From Podarcis cretensis (taxonomy: Eukaryota): a stretch of DNA of 64,000 nucleotides. Positions within the stretch are counted from its first letter, which is position 1; each line of letters opens with the position of its first letter. The stretch lies in NCBI GenBank assembly GCA_951804945.1, contig OX638155.1, positions 43,710,001-43,774,000 on the forward strand. The letters are read 5' to 3'. The position numbers were made by a program, and so were the translations under genes. Shown here piece by piece: positions 47,211-60,872 of this stretch. The notes under the pieces were generated by a model. That model was given only the letters and a program-made list of their open reading frames with translations, ran no database searches and was not told where the DNA came from.

Positions 47211-48429
47211 CTGCAAATATTAAAAATGGTTTCAGAACAGGATTTTCTTTAATCAAAGCTAGCATTAAGCATTTTTTAAGTTTTAGTACCACGGGGGGGG
47301 GGGGGGGGGAGGGAATACCAAGTTAGTTACAAAGATGACAAAGCTGAAAAAACAACCAGAGAATAACCATTGTTAGAGATGATTGATAAAGATATGTTGC
47401 AGGACCATTTCCCCATTTTATGTCATCTCTGAATTCATTTTGCTCACTTAGAGCTTTGCAGTCTGAAATCTGCATATGAGCTTTACTAAATCTTTCCCAA
47501 AGAACAAATTGTTTTAAAACAGAAGTATGCACAAGCCTGTGTTCTCTTACAGTTCCTAGCACAAGTGAAAGGAACAAAATGTAAACAGATGAAGTATGGC
47601 GATAGAGAACAAAACACTAGGAGATGTATAGTATAGTTATTACACTAAATCCTAGGTCAAGAAGAGAACAAAAATATCAGCATAGATACCTGAAAGCAGA
47701 CATTGGCAGACCTCTAATACAATGAGCAATTAATCAGAAGACAATGAAGAAAGATGGTTATTATTTATAAAATTCATATACTGCCCCTTATCCAAAGATC
47801 ACAGGACAGTTTACAGTATAAAAACAGAAAATACGTAACATAATAACCAAAAAGAAAAAAATACACATGCACACACCCTGTGGCTATGTGTATGCACATG
47901 AGAAAGTTGGGGTGGGCTAGTAAGAAGAGCCAAAGGATCTCCAAGTGGTTTAAGAATAATGACAGTGTGCTGTAAGTGTGATTCTGTAATTGCTGTAATT
48001 GTCTGAAGTGGTAATTGCCTGTGTAGCTGAACGTGTATAAAAGATAAGGCCTAGAGGATCAAAGTATTAATAGAGGCCTAATTTTTCACTTAAAGCTGTT
48101 GTCCACTGGCATATCTTGGGAAAACCCTAGATTTTCCAACATCAATTTTTTTTAAAAAAGTCAAGTGGATTAAAATTAGCGAAACAATTCGTACCCACCT
48201 GATTCTAAGATGAGAAAAACTCAACAGAAATAAACATCTTAGCCCTGGGTGTAAGACAGACAGTAATCAAGTCCACACAATGTTCCTGGTGACCCAATTA
48301 TGGTTGGGAGATTAGGAATGTTCCTGGGCTTGCACACTCCTTATGCTCCCCTTTCTTAATGTGTTTGCCAACTGTGATTTTGAGCTAACCAGGATGAGCA
48401 TTAACATCACTGCAAAAGGTAATGCTGCC

Positions 48430-48474
48430 TTACGATTAGTTGTTATAATGTTGTTACGATTAGTTGTTATAATG
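48430..48474. repeat. Short tandem duplication (24-bp period)
   Basis: ttacgattagttgttataatg at 48430-48450 and 48454-48474. Confidence 0.85.
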
Positions 48475-49497
48475 GAGAGGAATAAATTAGAGCATGGCAG
48501 AGAAAGAAGTTAGGACATAAAGAACTGAAAAACTATGTATTTCATGTGGCAGTCACTAAGCACAGTGGCCAATCTGCAATACGACTCAAGAAGCTTCAAA
48601 TATTTAGCAAACATTTTTACTGTATTTGATTATAATACAAACAGTATAGGCTTGAATAAATGATATGGCAATAGTCACAGACTTGCAAAGTACAGTAAGA
48701 CGTCGTTGTGTATGCTGTATGCATTTGACACATACAAGGCTGAACCAAGCACAAAATTTGGCTTCCTAAAATTTTCATTTTTTAAAAGAGTTTTAATAAG
48801 AAACATTTATTATGCATAGTATCTAGGCCAGTACAAGGTTTGGAATTAAAATAACTGTAACATTTCAGATAAGTATATTTTGTAAACTAATAACCCCCTT
48901 AATATCAACTGTTATCTCCGTCAAATATTATTGACACATATTTCTTTCAGCTATGGCAAGTAATTCTACCCTATGCACATTCCTTTTTTGCAGGAAAAGT
49001 GCAAACCATGGTTTGCTGGTTCAGAAATAGTGAAAAACTATGATTTGTGAAAACCAGAAAATAACCACAAGTACAAGGGGAGGATGGAGTGAATGGGCTC
49101 TTTTGAGGCATTTCTCAGAACCAAACCATGGCTTGGTGTAATATCAGAACAAATCCAAAGATTTGTTTCCAGTTGCGAAGGAGAATTTGGGCTCCTGCCC
49201 TAAGACTGTTTCAACTGCCTTACTGACCCTTTTTGGTCCCTTCCAACTGAGGCCTTTCACTTCTTCCCCTTGCCATATATCTCAATCCTAGCAACAAAAA
49301 TTAATAAAGCAAAATTTGAGCGCAGGATACACTACAAAAGTAATGCTATTTTACCCATTTTCATAGTTGAGGTCTTTCTCAAATAATGCTCTCTTCCAAT
49401 TTAAGCCTATTGATATATTCTTAGCTAACTACAATAAATTTAATTAACCACTGAGGCACTAGAAGAGTTTGAGTGCTTTCAGCTCCCTAAAACAAAC

Positions 49498-49737
49498 CTG
49501 ATTCATCTTGTGTTTGACCTCACTGCCTTGCTCCATCATGTCAATCTTCTGGCTATAACTTGCAGGTATCTGAAGATTCTTGCTGTTGGATGAAGTTATG
49601 TGTACGGATCCTGATGAAGATAAAGTCTGAGGTGGAAGCTGAGACATGCCCTCAGCACTCAGCAGATCTCTCATTGCAAGACTGAGGGGAGTGACTAAAC
49701 CAACGGCTAAAGGATTAGGCTCTGCAACCCCTCTCTG
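49498..49737 (-). CDS. VAPA: Probable VAPA alternative (cassette) exon, 79-80 aa Ser/Pro-rich linker insert
   Basis: Minus strand: branch-like ttgac and a pyrimidine tract atgtttttct, then AAG TAG CAG. An open phase-0 frame QRGVAEPNPLAVGLVTPLSLAMRDLLSAEGMSQLPPQTLSSSGSVHITSSNSKNLQIPASYSQKIDMMEQGSEVKHKMNQ ends at CAG|GTTTGT. It lies in the intron where the long mammalian VAPA isoform has its extra exon; the PASY motif resembles the human insert as recalled (TPASYHTKDD). Confidence 0.7.
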
Positions 49738-49937
49738 CTACTTAGAAAAACATAAATGTTATGCACAAGCAGTCAAGTAACAGCTTACAAGACAGGAATA
49801 GGCAAAAAAGCTAGCTTCTTTTATTGATTTTGTTGACTAAGGGTGCTAATCTAATCATTTAGAAGAGAGTAAGCCTCACTGAAAACAGCAGGACTTACTT
49901 CTGGCTAAATATGTATATGATTGTGCTATACACAATA

Positions 49938-50162
49938 CAGTGGTACCTTGGTTCTCGAACTTAATCCATTCTGGGAGCCCATTCGAAAATCAAGGCAGAG
50001 ATTCCGATTGGCTGCAGGAGCTTCCTGCAGTCAAGTGGAACCTGCGCCAGACGTTCAGCTTCTGAAAAATGTTCACAAACCAGAACACTTACGTCTGGGT
50101 TTGCGGCATTCGGGAGCCGCTTTGTTTGGAAACTATGCTGTTTGGGAACCAAGGTTCCACTG
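49938..50162. mobile_element. Tc1/mariner (Tigger-like) MITE, 225 bp
   Basis: TA-CAGTGGTACCTTGGTTCTCGAAC...GTTTGGGAACCAAGGTTCCACTG-TA. Shares the central palindrome with 30601-30849. Confidence 0.85.
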
Positions 50163-52285
50163 TATACTGTAAACTATATACAGAACCACATATAGAAGTT
50201 AAGGCTACTTTTGTTGGGGTTTCCACAGCACTTCCAACTTCTGACAAGAAATTTTAAAAGCAGCTTGACAGCAGAACTTCAACGGCAAAACCACAGCAAA
50301 CAGATTTCTGGCTGGATTATAGTATATCCTCCAGCTCAGTTAAGTTCAATGTTTCCTCTCTCCTATTTTCTGTAAAGCAGCACTTTCTATAAAAAAGAGC
50401 AGCTCTACATAACTAGTTGTATCAAGGAAACATGCTTGAAATACAAAAACATCTGCAAATAATCTTCTGGTTTAATAAATGGAAAACTAAGCTAGCAAAT
50501 ATCAAACATCAGTGCATGGTGGACAAAGTGAATAATACTTCTGAAAAGCTTAAAATTGTCTTTCTTCTTAAGGTGGATGATATAGTATATAACTTTCTAC
50601 CCCAACCCTAGAGATTAAAGCATGGTGTTCCCTGCCTCTATCAATTATGGACTGGTAAATTACTCCAACCTACTAGATTTAAAAGTTCCTACATCCTTGT
50701 CTGGATATAGGTTTTACTTTTCCCCACAACTCAACCATGTATAATCATGTGAGAGCTGGCCCTCAACTTTCCCACAGCAACCTCTTCCTTAGGTACACTG
50801 CTCAAAATATTGCAAATGGAATTCGAGGCCATACATTTATTTACCTTTGTGACAATGACCGCAATAACTAAGTGGCAGTAGCTTGGGCCATTGATGCGGG
50901 GCAGGGGGAGAAGAAGAAAGCAGAAAGGATATTGGAGGGCAACAGATTTGTAGAGGCAAAAGAACAAGGATTTAAGAATCACAGGCAGGAATTCTTAAGT
51001 TGTACCAAGGTTATCATCGTGCCATTACTGTGGCTATCTGAAGTTTTTAAATATTTTGCAAAACATTTGCCCATTTAAATCTCTCAAAAATGAAAATTAG
51101 AAGACAGTTTTAAGAACATTACAGATCTCAGGGCCTTAGGATTTAGCAGCTTTTTCATTAAATCTAAGAGTTCTGTGCTTCATAGCATGATCTTGGCCAT
51201 ATCAATTTCTAGATACCCTAACTACAGTTACACCAGTGGCAAGGCTAGCCCTGCTTTAGGAAACACTATGAGATGGCAGGCGGTAAGGGCAGGAATTGTT
51301 GTCTGAATGCTGCAGCAAGGGTTTTGAAAACTGTTGTCCCTGAACGGAAGAGGGCACTGGAGCTCTATTTTAGGCAGCAAATGTCTTGGGTCAACACTGA
51401 GCAATGGTGCATCTTCATGCAGGAATCAACAAAAAGCACATCCTTGCAAATAGTATGACAACCATGTTCTGCTGCCCAGGACAATTTCCTACGTGGCTAT
51501 ACAGCATGTGCAACTTAACAACAGGTACCAGATAAGATGGTGCAGCCTAAATTGGCAAAGAAGGAATTGGATGCATACTGTCAGCTTCCTTTTCTCAGAT
51601 CTCACACTTGTAGCTTTTAGCTACAGCACTGAAATAAAAAATATAGAAGTTCCTATGCTAATAACCCCTTTCACTCATGCTTCCAACTTGTTTCATCCTC
51701 CTTAACAGGAGAGTATTGTAGGATTGCCCGTAGCTCATTGTGTCATAAAAACATAGAGCTCTTAGAATATATTACCATACTGCTTTATCTTTCGAACTGC
51801 TACCCTTCTTCAAAGATTTTTATGTGATCATACATGGGAGTCTTGAAGTTTTGTTGCTCAGTTCCCAGTGACAAGGTCATTGCACCTCTTTGAAACACAC
51901 CCCATCTTCCCAACTGACTAGATTGCACTCACGGTGTAAGCAACACAGTTTTCAAGAGGTGGAACCAAGGCAGCTTTCACTTTGACAAAATGAGCTAGGG
52001 ATATGCATGCAAAATTTCATATGGCACACAATGATGCAGAAATAGACTGATAAGAGAGGTTACAGAAAATAGTGCACTTATACTGTATGCTAAAAAGAAA
52101 TGTAAAAATACAAAGCTTTCTGTGTGCTACTGAATCACTGATTACACTGCCCCATATTTTAATTTATTTAATACAATTACATAAACTGTTCAGATACAAA
52201 GCAACTACGGAGCACATTCTTAGCTTAGGATACATTGTTATAAAATCACTACTTGAAGTTGTTTCATTTTTGTTTATTTACTTAC

Positions 52286-52366
52286 CAGCTTATCATTTTC
52301 ATTAGGCATTTCAAATACACATCTCAATTTGGAGTCCATTAAGTCATCAGACTTTGCATCCTTCCA
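52286..52366 (-). CDS. VAPA: VAPA coding exon 4 (end of MSP domain); not in the ORF track
   Basis: Manual translation [27 protein letters not shown]. Acceptor tgtcctag, donor CTG|GTAAGT. 81 bp, phase 0/0. Confidence 0.96.
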
Positions 52367-52616
52367 CTAGGACAATGAAAATAAATTAAATTTTAGCTGC
52401 TTTTTAGTAAGTCATAATATGCAAACTTTGTCAAATACACAGTACTTTAAGACTGAATAGGCTTAGAAGTGGGAAATCATGTTTCAAATAATTACTTAGA
52501 CATGAAGCTCTTAGGCAAACCAAGTCTGGGAAGATATTAAGCAAAAATATGTACAAGTCTTGTGTCTGAGCACACTGGGGGTATGCCACTATAAGTTTTC
52601 CTGGTTTAATTAGCCA

Positions 52617-52667
52617 TACATTCCCACTATATCCCACTACACTCCCACTATATCCCATTACACTCCC
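52617..52667. repeat. 21-bp tandem repeat x ~2.4
   Basis: taca(t/c)tcccactatatccca(c/t) repeated. Confidence 0.8.
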
Positions 52668-53712
52668 CAAATTGGGAGACTATGGTTACCAGGATCTGAA
52701 ACCATGGTTTGTTCCATTTCTGGCAAGCATAGGCTTCCATTTTAGATGTAACAGAAAATATAACATACACAGGTATGGGGCTTGTGCACCTCTCTGCTTA
52801 ATAAATAAAGAAATGACACTATCTCTCAAGCTAATCTTCAGTGCTTTGGTAAATATCAAATAGGAGGGGAAACTAAAACATGTCATGTTCAAAGATAGTG
52901 GGGGGGGGTTATTTTATTTTATTTTTTGTTTGGATCAGGCTATCAGGAAGGAAATTTGAATGGCATATTCCCTGAAAGAAGAGATTCCCCCTACTTTCTA
53001 GAATTAGAAACTCTGAAGTTGTATTTGCCACAAAATTGATAAACACAAAACTCTTCAGATTATAGATCTTATCAGGGGAAGTGAAACAGCAATCCAATAA
53101 ATTACCAGTAACAAGGAAAGATGTGCACCACTTTGCAACAGCATTTATGAAATTTAAAGGCAGAAAACAAGGATAATCCTTGTAGATACTACTTCCTGCG
53201 CTTAATACTGTACAACCATCTTATATTCTACTGAAATTTTGTCAGAAAAGAAGCACACAGAACGTCCTTGTTTCTTAAAACAGTATCATCTTTGAGATCC
53301 TGACTGAGAGAACAAGGACATTTTTTCTTCAAAATAGAAGTGGTAACATTAAGCACACTTTTAAAAAAAAGTGTGACCAACATTAATGTCTAATGCATTA
53401 AAATGGCTAGTTTATGCAACTAGTTCTAAGTAAGTATTGGTGTAACAACGACTGATGGCAAATACACTTTTTCCCCTGAAGATGAAGAAAGCAGCTCAAG
53501 GCTTAGTTCCTAAGTGGAATGTACATTTTGAGGTCTCTCGCAACAGTATTCTTCCAGCTTGTACCAGCAAAGCAACAGAGGAGAAGTTGGACAGACTCAA
53601 AATATATGTTGAACATAATACAAGAACCCTAATGGATAAAATATGGCAAAAGGCAAAAAATAAGAATTCATCTTGTTAGCTTACAATATTGAAATTAAAT
53701 CTATTTACTTAC

Positions 53713-53816
53713 CACTGCTTCCATATCTGTAATGTTTGAGGGGGCAAAGATTGTCTGTACCATAAACTTATGTTTACTCTTCTCATTTGGATCATAGTCA
53801 AAAGGCTGTAACATCA
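53713..53816 (-). CDS. VAPA: VAPA coding exon 3 (MSP domain); not in the ORF track
   Basis: Manual translation (V)[34 protein letters not shown]. Acceptor tatacag, donor GTG|GTAAGT. 104 bp. Confidence 0.96.
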
Positions 53817-54891
53817 CTGTATAATAGACAAAGTATGAATTACTAGAGGCATGCAACCTACTTTTCCTGTCAATTTCAAAATTCTAAACAGCATAAAAGA
53901 ATTGTGCAATCATTTGGAACAGATAATAAACAAGATCTCTTGTGAGAATCAAGTTCTATCATTTATTGCAAATTTGCCTTTTATGGTTATCTGTTATGCC
54001 CCGATATTATGAAAACAAGTTCACTTGCAAAATTAGGATTTTTATTTCCACATAACAACCTGAGCTTCCAAATATGATGTAAGTATGTAATTAAGTTAAA
54101 GCAGGCAGAAGTTTAAAACATCTGAAAATGGTGGGAAGAATTTATTAAAGGGCCACCCATTACCACTGTGATGTATACAAATATTGGGTAAGAGATGCCC
54201 AAGACCTTGAATGTTAGCAAAGGAGGACAGAAGAGATCTGCCACACTCCTTCAAACAGGAATGATATGATCACCAGAGAAAGAGAGTTTGCAGAGAATTC
54301 TTCTTGCCCTAATACTTTGCATATATAATTTGGATCCAAAGATACACTCCTTGGATCCAAGCTCTAAAAGAGAAGAGAGTTGAGAGAGTTGACTTCTTCC
54401 AGTCTCATCATCAGAGAGAAGGTAAGGATGGGAGAGAGAATGGAGGAAGTCAAGCATGGGAGCTTGGGAAGCCTACCACGGATGGCACTTTGATCATTTA
54501 TAGATGATCAATAGATGATCTAGCTCAGTGCTCTTTTTCATATGTCTGTCTGCCTCCCAGACAGTATCTCTGTCACTTTCACAGGAGACAGAGGGATGCT
54601 GACCAAGAGACAGAGGTGCTTAATGGAAGACAGGCAGGCACACATACAGTCAAGGAGCCCTGCTGCAAAGCTGTTTGTGCAGTAAGAGATTGTTCTCTGC
54701 ATGGGCATTTTGCTGTGTTTCCATGCTGCATGATGAGAAAGGGAGCTCCTTTCTTAGTATGCAAAATGGAAGTCAAGAAAACTTTACGTATTAGTGTGGA
54801 TGTGTGACTGGAGACAGTGTATGCGTGCTTTGGCCCTGTCCATTTTGGAATTTGCCCTGCTCACTGCTCATATGTGGACCTAGACAACTTT

Positions 54892-54893
<2 letters not shown>

Positions 54894-54935
<42 letters not shown>

Positions 54936-54992
54936 CTTTTATTTGTATCCTGCCCTCCCCGGCCAAGACTGGGCTCAGGGTGGCTAACATCA
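54894..54992 (-). mobile_element. LINE (L2-like) 3' tail with (AAT)n microsatellite
   Basis: (AAT)12 followed by tttatttgtatcctgccctccccggccaagactgggctcagggtggctaaca, a typical 3' stem-loop end. Confidence 0.55.
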
Positions 54993-55232
54993 AATATAAA
55001 CATTGATATAAAATCAAACAGTAATTAAATCACCTCTTAAAAAGAAGTCAGAATAAAATTAAAATCTGAATTAGATGGCTTTCTGCAGGATTTGGGTTGG
55101 GAACAGTAAATGCTCATCAGGCCCAACAGTGTACGCTGATCTTATATGGGCCATCAAAGGAATGTGGCCATTAGAGAGGAAAAAGGTTCCACACTGCTAA
55201 TAAAAGAAAGAAAAACAACCAAACATTTTTAC

Positions 55233-55385
55233 CTGATACAGTTACAGAAGAACCTGGGTCAATAATTCCACTGTTTGGCCTCACACAGTATCGACGAGGT
55301 GCTGTAGTCTTCACTTTAAAACATACTTTTCTGTCCGATGGATTTCGTAATTTAAGATTTGTAGTGACTACATCTGTGAAGGGAC
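55233..55385 (-). CDS. VAPA: VAPA coding exon 2 (MSP domain)
   Basis: (G)[50 protein letters not shown], containing the VAP consensus [16 protein letters not shown]. Minus-strand acceptor tttcag, donor CAG|GTAAAA. 153 bp. Confidence 0.97.
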
Positions 55386-57584
55386 CTGAAATTGTTAAAG
55401 GTTTATGTTTAGTAATTAGTCTATTTGTTAGATGTGATCTCCAAAAACAGGCATCACAAGCAAACCAATGGTCCAAATCAAGACATATCCACAGACCATG
55501 TGGTCAATGGTGACCAGCAAGTTATTATTGTCTTCCATCCTTTCTCCCAATATCTTGCAGTTTAGAAAAGCCTACTAGCAAGTCCCTGCCTCAATTAATA
55601 CTCTTTTTGTGCTCTGCTCTGCTCAGGCAATGTTTCTCTGGCTGGTTTTTGACAATTCCCTTTTCCTCCTATAGTCCCCATGACACAGCCCATACTATTC
55701 AAACCCCCTGGAGATACCTTTCAGAGGGCAGAGTGGAAAATAAGTTGTAAGAGCAGCCTTCCATTCACATAGCCATTGGTACTATGGCAGTGAAAACAAC
55801 AAAAAAAAGAAGAAAAAAAGGAAATAATTAGAAAAAGGATCCTCTGTGCAATACGGTCCAAAACCTCTCCTGCCTTTGCCTAAACTACTCTGCTATCACA
55901 GGAATATCATGTCCAAGCTGATAGGGAAGGAAAAATATTGTTTAGGGAATCTGCAACATTTATTCTGCAAAACAACCTCATGGAAGAGAAAGACTGGAAA
56001 AGGAACATGCATCATACAGACATACCGGAACGGTAGCAGTTACTGTTCTTCAGAGACCTACTTCTGAACTGCTGAGAATGGTCTCTGAAAAGACAGCATA
56101 AATTCCCCCCCATTGCAAGACTGGGCTGGGAGGTTCGTCTACTTCTAGCTCAGAACTCCAATGTGGAGGAAGAAGCCTTGTAAACCAATTTACAGAGATT
56201 GGTGGGCCTCATCTGGCCCATGGCTCAGCACCCTGCACTACGCCAACCTATTTTCATGACTGTTAATAAAAACCAGCAAGGATAATCCATTTGAATGATT
56301 TTATTATTATTATTTTATTTTTTTGAGGCTGGCATCTCACTAACAGCCACAAGGATAAGCCACAGCTGAAAAAGAATGAAAAAGAGAAGGCACGTAAACA
56401 GCCAGAGGCAAGAATGCCAATGAGGCAGCAGATAGAGGCAGAGGTCTCAAAGGACAAAAAGAAGGGAACAGTGGCCAAGAAACGAAACAGTGGAGAAAAA
56501 TCAGCTGTAAAAAGATGTGCCCTGCTATGACCATATTGCTACAAAAATTCCCATCATTTGGTGGAGATCCTATTAGCTGAAAACAGAACTATACATTTGT
56601 GTCATTATGTCATTACATAGATCTATGGTGCACGTGCATTTGAATACTCCCTGCAGCTGGACGATCACTGAGTAGCTAATTACCAAAATAAGCCAAGCAT
56701 CTTGCATAAAGAGAAAGGTGGAAGAAATTAGAATATTTTAGTTCAGAAAATGGAAGCCAAGATGGAACATAATAAAGCTTGTAAAATCAGGATGTGCAAG
56801 GAATGAAGAAAAGTATTTCCTCTCTCTGAGCTCTTAAGTTCTTGGGTAGTACAGTGAAATTAACAACTGGTCCAGGACCAATAAAATTCAACATATAAAT
56901 GCACTGGCCAGGAAATTTAAAAAATGAATGACCTGGCAATAGGTTTAACCATAAAAGCCAAAAATGGATCTTTCAACATGGAAGATCATGTTACCCTTGC
57001 ACAAGCATGTTGGAATTTCTCCTATGCAGCCCCCATTTGGAAAGAAATTATTATTTGACTTTAACCATCTTATCCCAAGAGCTCTCTAAATCCTCTTCAA
57101 CTTAAAACAAATAAAAAAACCTGGATCCTCCATACTCAGAGACAACATCTATCTGATTACCAAATTCTAGGGACAAATAGGCCCTCTCTTCTATCACTAC
57201 CTGTGTGTTTTCCAGGATCATCTTACTGGCTGCTGTTGGTGACAGAGCGCTGGACTACACTGAATTCAAGTCTGATGTAGCAAAACAATTATGATGGAGA
57301 ACAACTGTCAGATCAGGTGGCATCTTAGTAGCCCTTATGCTACATGCAACCATTATTCTTCTGTAAACAAAATACGAAAAGTAGAAAACAGCTCATGTTT
57401 ATAACACATACATGCTAGATTGTCAACATGGTATCAAATTAATAGTATCAGTGTATTCCTGAACATATGTCAACTTATATAAGAGAAATTCTTAGCACAG
57501 AAAGCTTTCTAAAAGCTGTTTTGCTCTTAAATGACAGTGAGAGATATTACTTCTATGAAGAAATCAAACAGTGTGAGTGCCTGC

Positions 57585-57688
57585 AGAATTTTAAGGGAGC
57601 AACTTATATTTGGGTATTCTCTCCCCCCCCCTTGAATTTTAAAGGTGTGGCTTATATTCGGGTGTGGCTTATATTCGGGCCAATACGG
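57585..57688. mobile_element. One end of a Tc2/pogo-like MITE
   Basis: Ends ...ggcttatattcgggtgtggcttatattcgggccaatacgg-TA, the same CCGTA.. terminus type as 1679-2709. The left TIR is not clearly identifiable. Confidence 0.55.
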
Positions 57689-59854
57689 TATATAAACAAA
57701 ACACAGGTCTTACATGTGCCACCTGACTAAAAGAAGCCACATCTGACTATACAACCAAAAATGATTGTTAACACCACTAGCCAAGATGGGTTTACATACA
57801 ACCCCTTTCTAATGTTATTCATCTAGGAACCATTCAAAGCAATTAACAGGATTAGCACTGAACTTCCAGGGGTATCCCCCAGAAGTGAATAAAAGCAAAT
57901 CACATGCTGAAAAGGCTCTGCTCCAAAAACAGAATCTGACTGTTATTAACTGTAGAACAAAAAAGAACTTAACTAAAACTGACAGACTTTTCCTTGATGC
58001 ACAGTTATTTTCAAAGTCATTTTCTAAATTTCTATCACAGGGTAAAGTACAAAGAATTATTGTTAGCTGACCATTGTTAATAATAAAAACATTATGAAAC
58101 TGAAGAAAATTATGCATGGAGCTAAATAATTAGGAGTCTTTTAAAAATAAAAGACTTTAGCTTCAATATAGCCAGAAACTGGTCAACAGACATCTTTCTG
58201 AATTACTTCAACAAAATCTCATTACCACCAAGGGCCTGGTGTGAATGCTTTTTAGAGCACTGCTTGTCGGGCTATGTTTGACTACACTGTAGAGAAACTA
58301 GCCTTCACCAGACTGGCTAGAAAATGCATTCAGTGTGCTACACTTTTAAAATTAAAGAAGGGTCCTCCTGGTATTGTGCTACAAATTGCCAAAGCTAAGG
58401 ATGAAAGTACAGCACTACAATTTTCCTCTTAACATTTTCTCATAAAGAAATGAATATGTCACATTGCACTTAGTATTGAGTAGAGGTCTGAAATTTTAGC
58501 TACCTTTTAAGCAGAGCTAGGCATCAGGTATTCTTATGCAGCCCTAATCTTTGCTTATCGACTTTACATTTATGTATTACCTAGCATTCCTTGATCAGCT
58601 TTAAATTGAAGCAGTATAAGGATTTTGTACATTCTTTTCTTTCTTCTGTGCTTTTAATTGGTTTTAGTGTTGTTTTTAATAGGGTTACTTATTTAATTGT
58701 TAATTGTTAGTATTTATACTGATACTGTGTTTCTAGTTGCGTTTGTTGAAATTCAAGCTCTGAGCCGCCTTGGATCCTGTCCCAAAAGAAAGGCAGGATA
58801 TAACTTAAATCAATAAAAATAATGTTGAGGGATTGATGTTTTCTTAAACAACAAAAACAAAAAAAAAACAAAAACAAAAAAACAAAAAAAACACATCACC
58901 TCATTGACTTCCCAAACTACATGATTATTTGAGACTAACAGCACAATACTATGCATGTCTATTCAGAAGTAAATACCTCAGATACATATGTACAGGATTC
59001 CACCCTGAGACTGCAATCAGAGTAAGTCTGAGTGAACTTTACTTCTAAGTAAACATGTACAAATTGGGTTGCAACTCAATTCTCCCGACCCCATATTTAA
59101 TGGCCACAGTGCTTACAACATGTAAGATTCTCATACCAAGGGCTTCCTTAAACCACCCCAGTTCACCCACCCATGGCATAACAAACTATGTCAGCTGTAC
59201 AGCCTGTTTCCTGTTCTTGGCACAAATGTCTTCTAGGTAACTGAACTTTTCAATCATACTGTCTATGCTTCCGGTTGTACACTACAGTGCCAAACCAGGA
59301 GTGCCAGCAGCTGTTTATGAGGATATAAATGCAACGTGTGCCAATGATGTTCACTATGCTAGTATAAATGTTACACATATTTCTCCATTAAATGTAACAA
59401 AAAAGCACAGAATATATTCCATTACCAACAGGGGCTGCATATTACACCATTTTAAATGGCTTCTAAATTTTATGATATTGGCTTGGCTCAAATATGCCTT
59501 TCTGCTACCAGAAATTGGTTGTATCTGACCTACTGGGAGAGCACTGCATTAGAAAAGTGATTCCCAATCCAAAAAAGTTATTCTACTTGTGCAAGCTCCA
59601 GCCCAAGATTTGGCACATGCTCTTTCAAAGACTTTACGACCCATAAAAAGTAGTTCATGCACTACTTATTCAACATGTTTCTCAAACTGCAATGCAAACC
59701 CTGATATACCTTAGTACTGTGCGGCAAGTAACCTTCTAACCTTCCGCTAGTACTTGCACAAGAGTATAATGAATAGCATGTAAACATTTTCTTCTTTAGA
59801 TAAATCCTAATAAAGTGATTTAGCATTCAGAACAACCCAAGCAATTTTTGCCTT

Positions 59855-60110
59855 ACCTATAACTAGAGATTTTCTGTGTGGAGCTCCATGTGGGGCTGCC
59901 CTTCGGCCTGGTCCAAAAGATCCAGCTAGTGTATAATACAGTGGGCCTACTGCTTGTGGGAGGAGGGCTGACTGTATGTGACATCTCTGCTAAAGCATCT
60001 GCACTGGCTGCCCAAATGCTACTGGGCAGGTTCAAGGTTCATACAAAGCCCTGAACAACTAGGGTCCTGGATACCTTAAAGGCCACCTGAGTCCTTATAC
60101 CCCAGTGAGA
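59855..60110 (+). mobile_element. Degraded L2-like ORF2 fragment
   Basis: ctagagattttctgt...ctccatgtggggctgccc...atccagctagtgtataat (..GLP..VQKIQLV.N) and tacaaagccctgaacaactagggtcctggatacctt (YKALNN.GPGYL). Confidence 0.55.
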
Positions 60111-60342
60111 ATATCCAGAGGAATACTGTTATTTGTTCCTGACGAGAAAACCTTTTCTCTGGCCTTTCCCTTTGAACACTTAGATCCTCTCACCTCTGTC
60201 CAGAACTATCCTGTCAAAATCATGCAGCTCTACCTTCCTTCATGCTATATCATTTCCTCCATAAATACCTCCATTGTCCATGACCTTTAGTCATTCAAAT
60301 ACTATCATCCTCAGCCTGTCCAAAAGTCTTATACTCTTAGAG

Positions 60343-60442
60343 CAGGGGTATCCAACATGGTGCCCTCCAAATGCTGTTTGACTGCAGCTTCCAATAGCCT
60401 TAACCAGCATTGCCAATGGGCGGGAATGGTTGAGCTGTAATC
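60343..60442. mobile_element. Truncated hAT-type MITE related to 33084-33198
   Basis: caggggtatccaacatggtgccctccaaatgctgtttgactgcagcttcc resembles the reverse complement of the right half of the 33084 element. Confidence 0.55.
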
Positions 60443-60654
60443 TTAACCAATATTAGAAACTGAAATATGAAAGCTAGGAGCTAAATGGCACCTTAAACCT
60501 AGGTTATAGGCGCAACAACGGAATGTCTAGGCACACTTTTTAATAACAAGAATACAAAGCTGTAGGTGAATGAAGTGCTGCTAAAATCTAGTCTAGTCCT
60601 CATCTGAAGACTGCAAAAAAGAAAGCCATGTTTCCCCTGCCCACCTCCCTAATA

Positions 60655-60872
60655 CAGTGGTACCTCAGGGTAAGAACTTAATTTGTTCTGGAGGTCTGTT
60701 CTTAACCTGAAACTGTTCTTAACCTGAGGTACCACTTTAGCTAATGGGGCTTCCCGCTGCCGCCGCGGCACAATTTTTGTTCTCATCCTGAAGCAAAGTT
60801 CTTAACCCAAGGTACTATTTCTGGGTTAGCGGAGTCTGTAACCTGAAGAGTCTGTAACCTGAGGTACCACTG
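60655..60872. mobile_element. Tc1/mariner (Tigger-like) MITE, 218 bp
   Basis: TA-CAGTGGTACCTCAGG...CCTGAGGTACCACTG-TA. Repeated taacctga motifs and an internal TIR-like copy at ~60716-60735. Confidence 0.9.

Noticed and set aside
47293-47312. Poly-G run as a functional G-quadruplex
   Set aside because: Simple homopolymer (poly-C in VAPA sense) with no further support; such runs are mutation- and sequencing-error-prone.
56325-56530. Lys/Glu-rich open frame on the + strand (QLKKNEKEKARKQPEARMPMRQQ...)
   Set aside because: No upstream ATG or clear splice sites, antisense to VAPA intron 1, and explained by purine-rich composition; no recognisable family.
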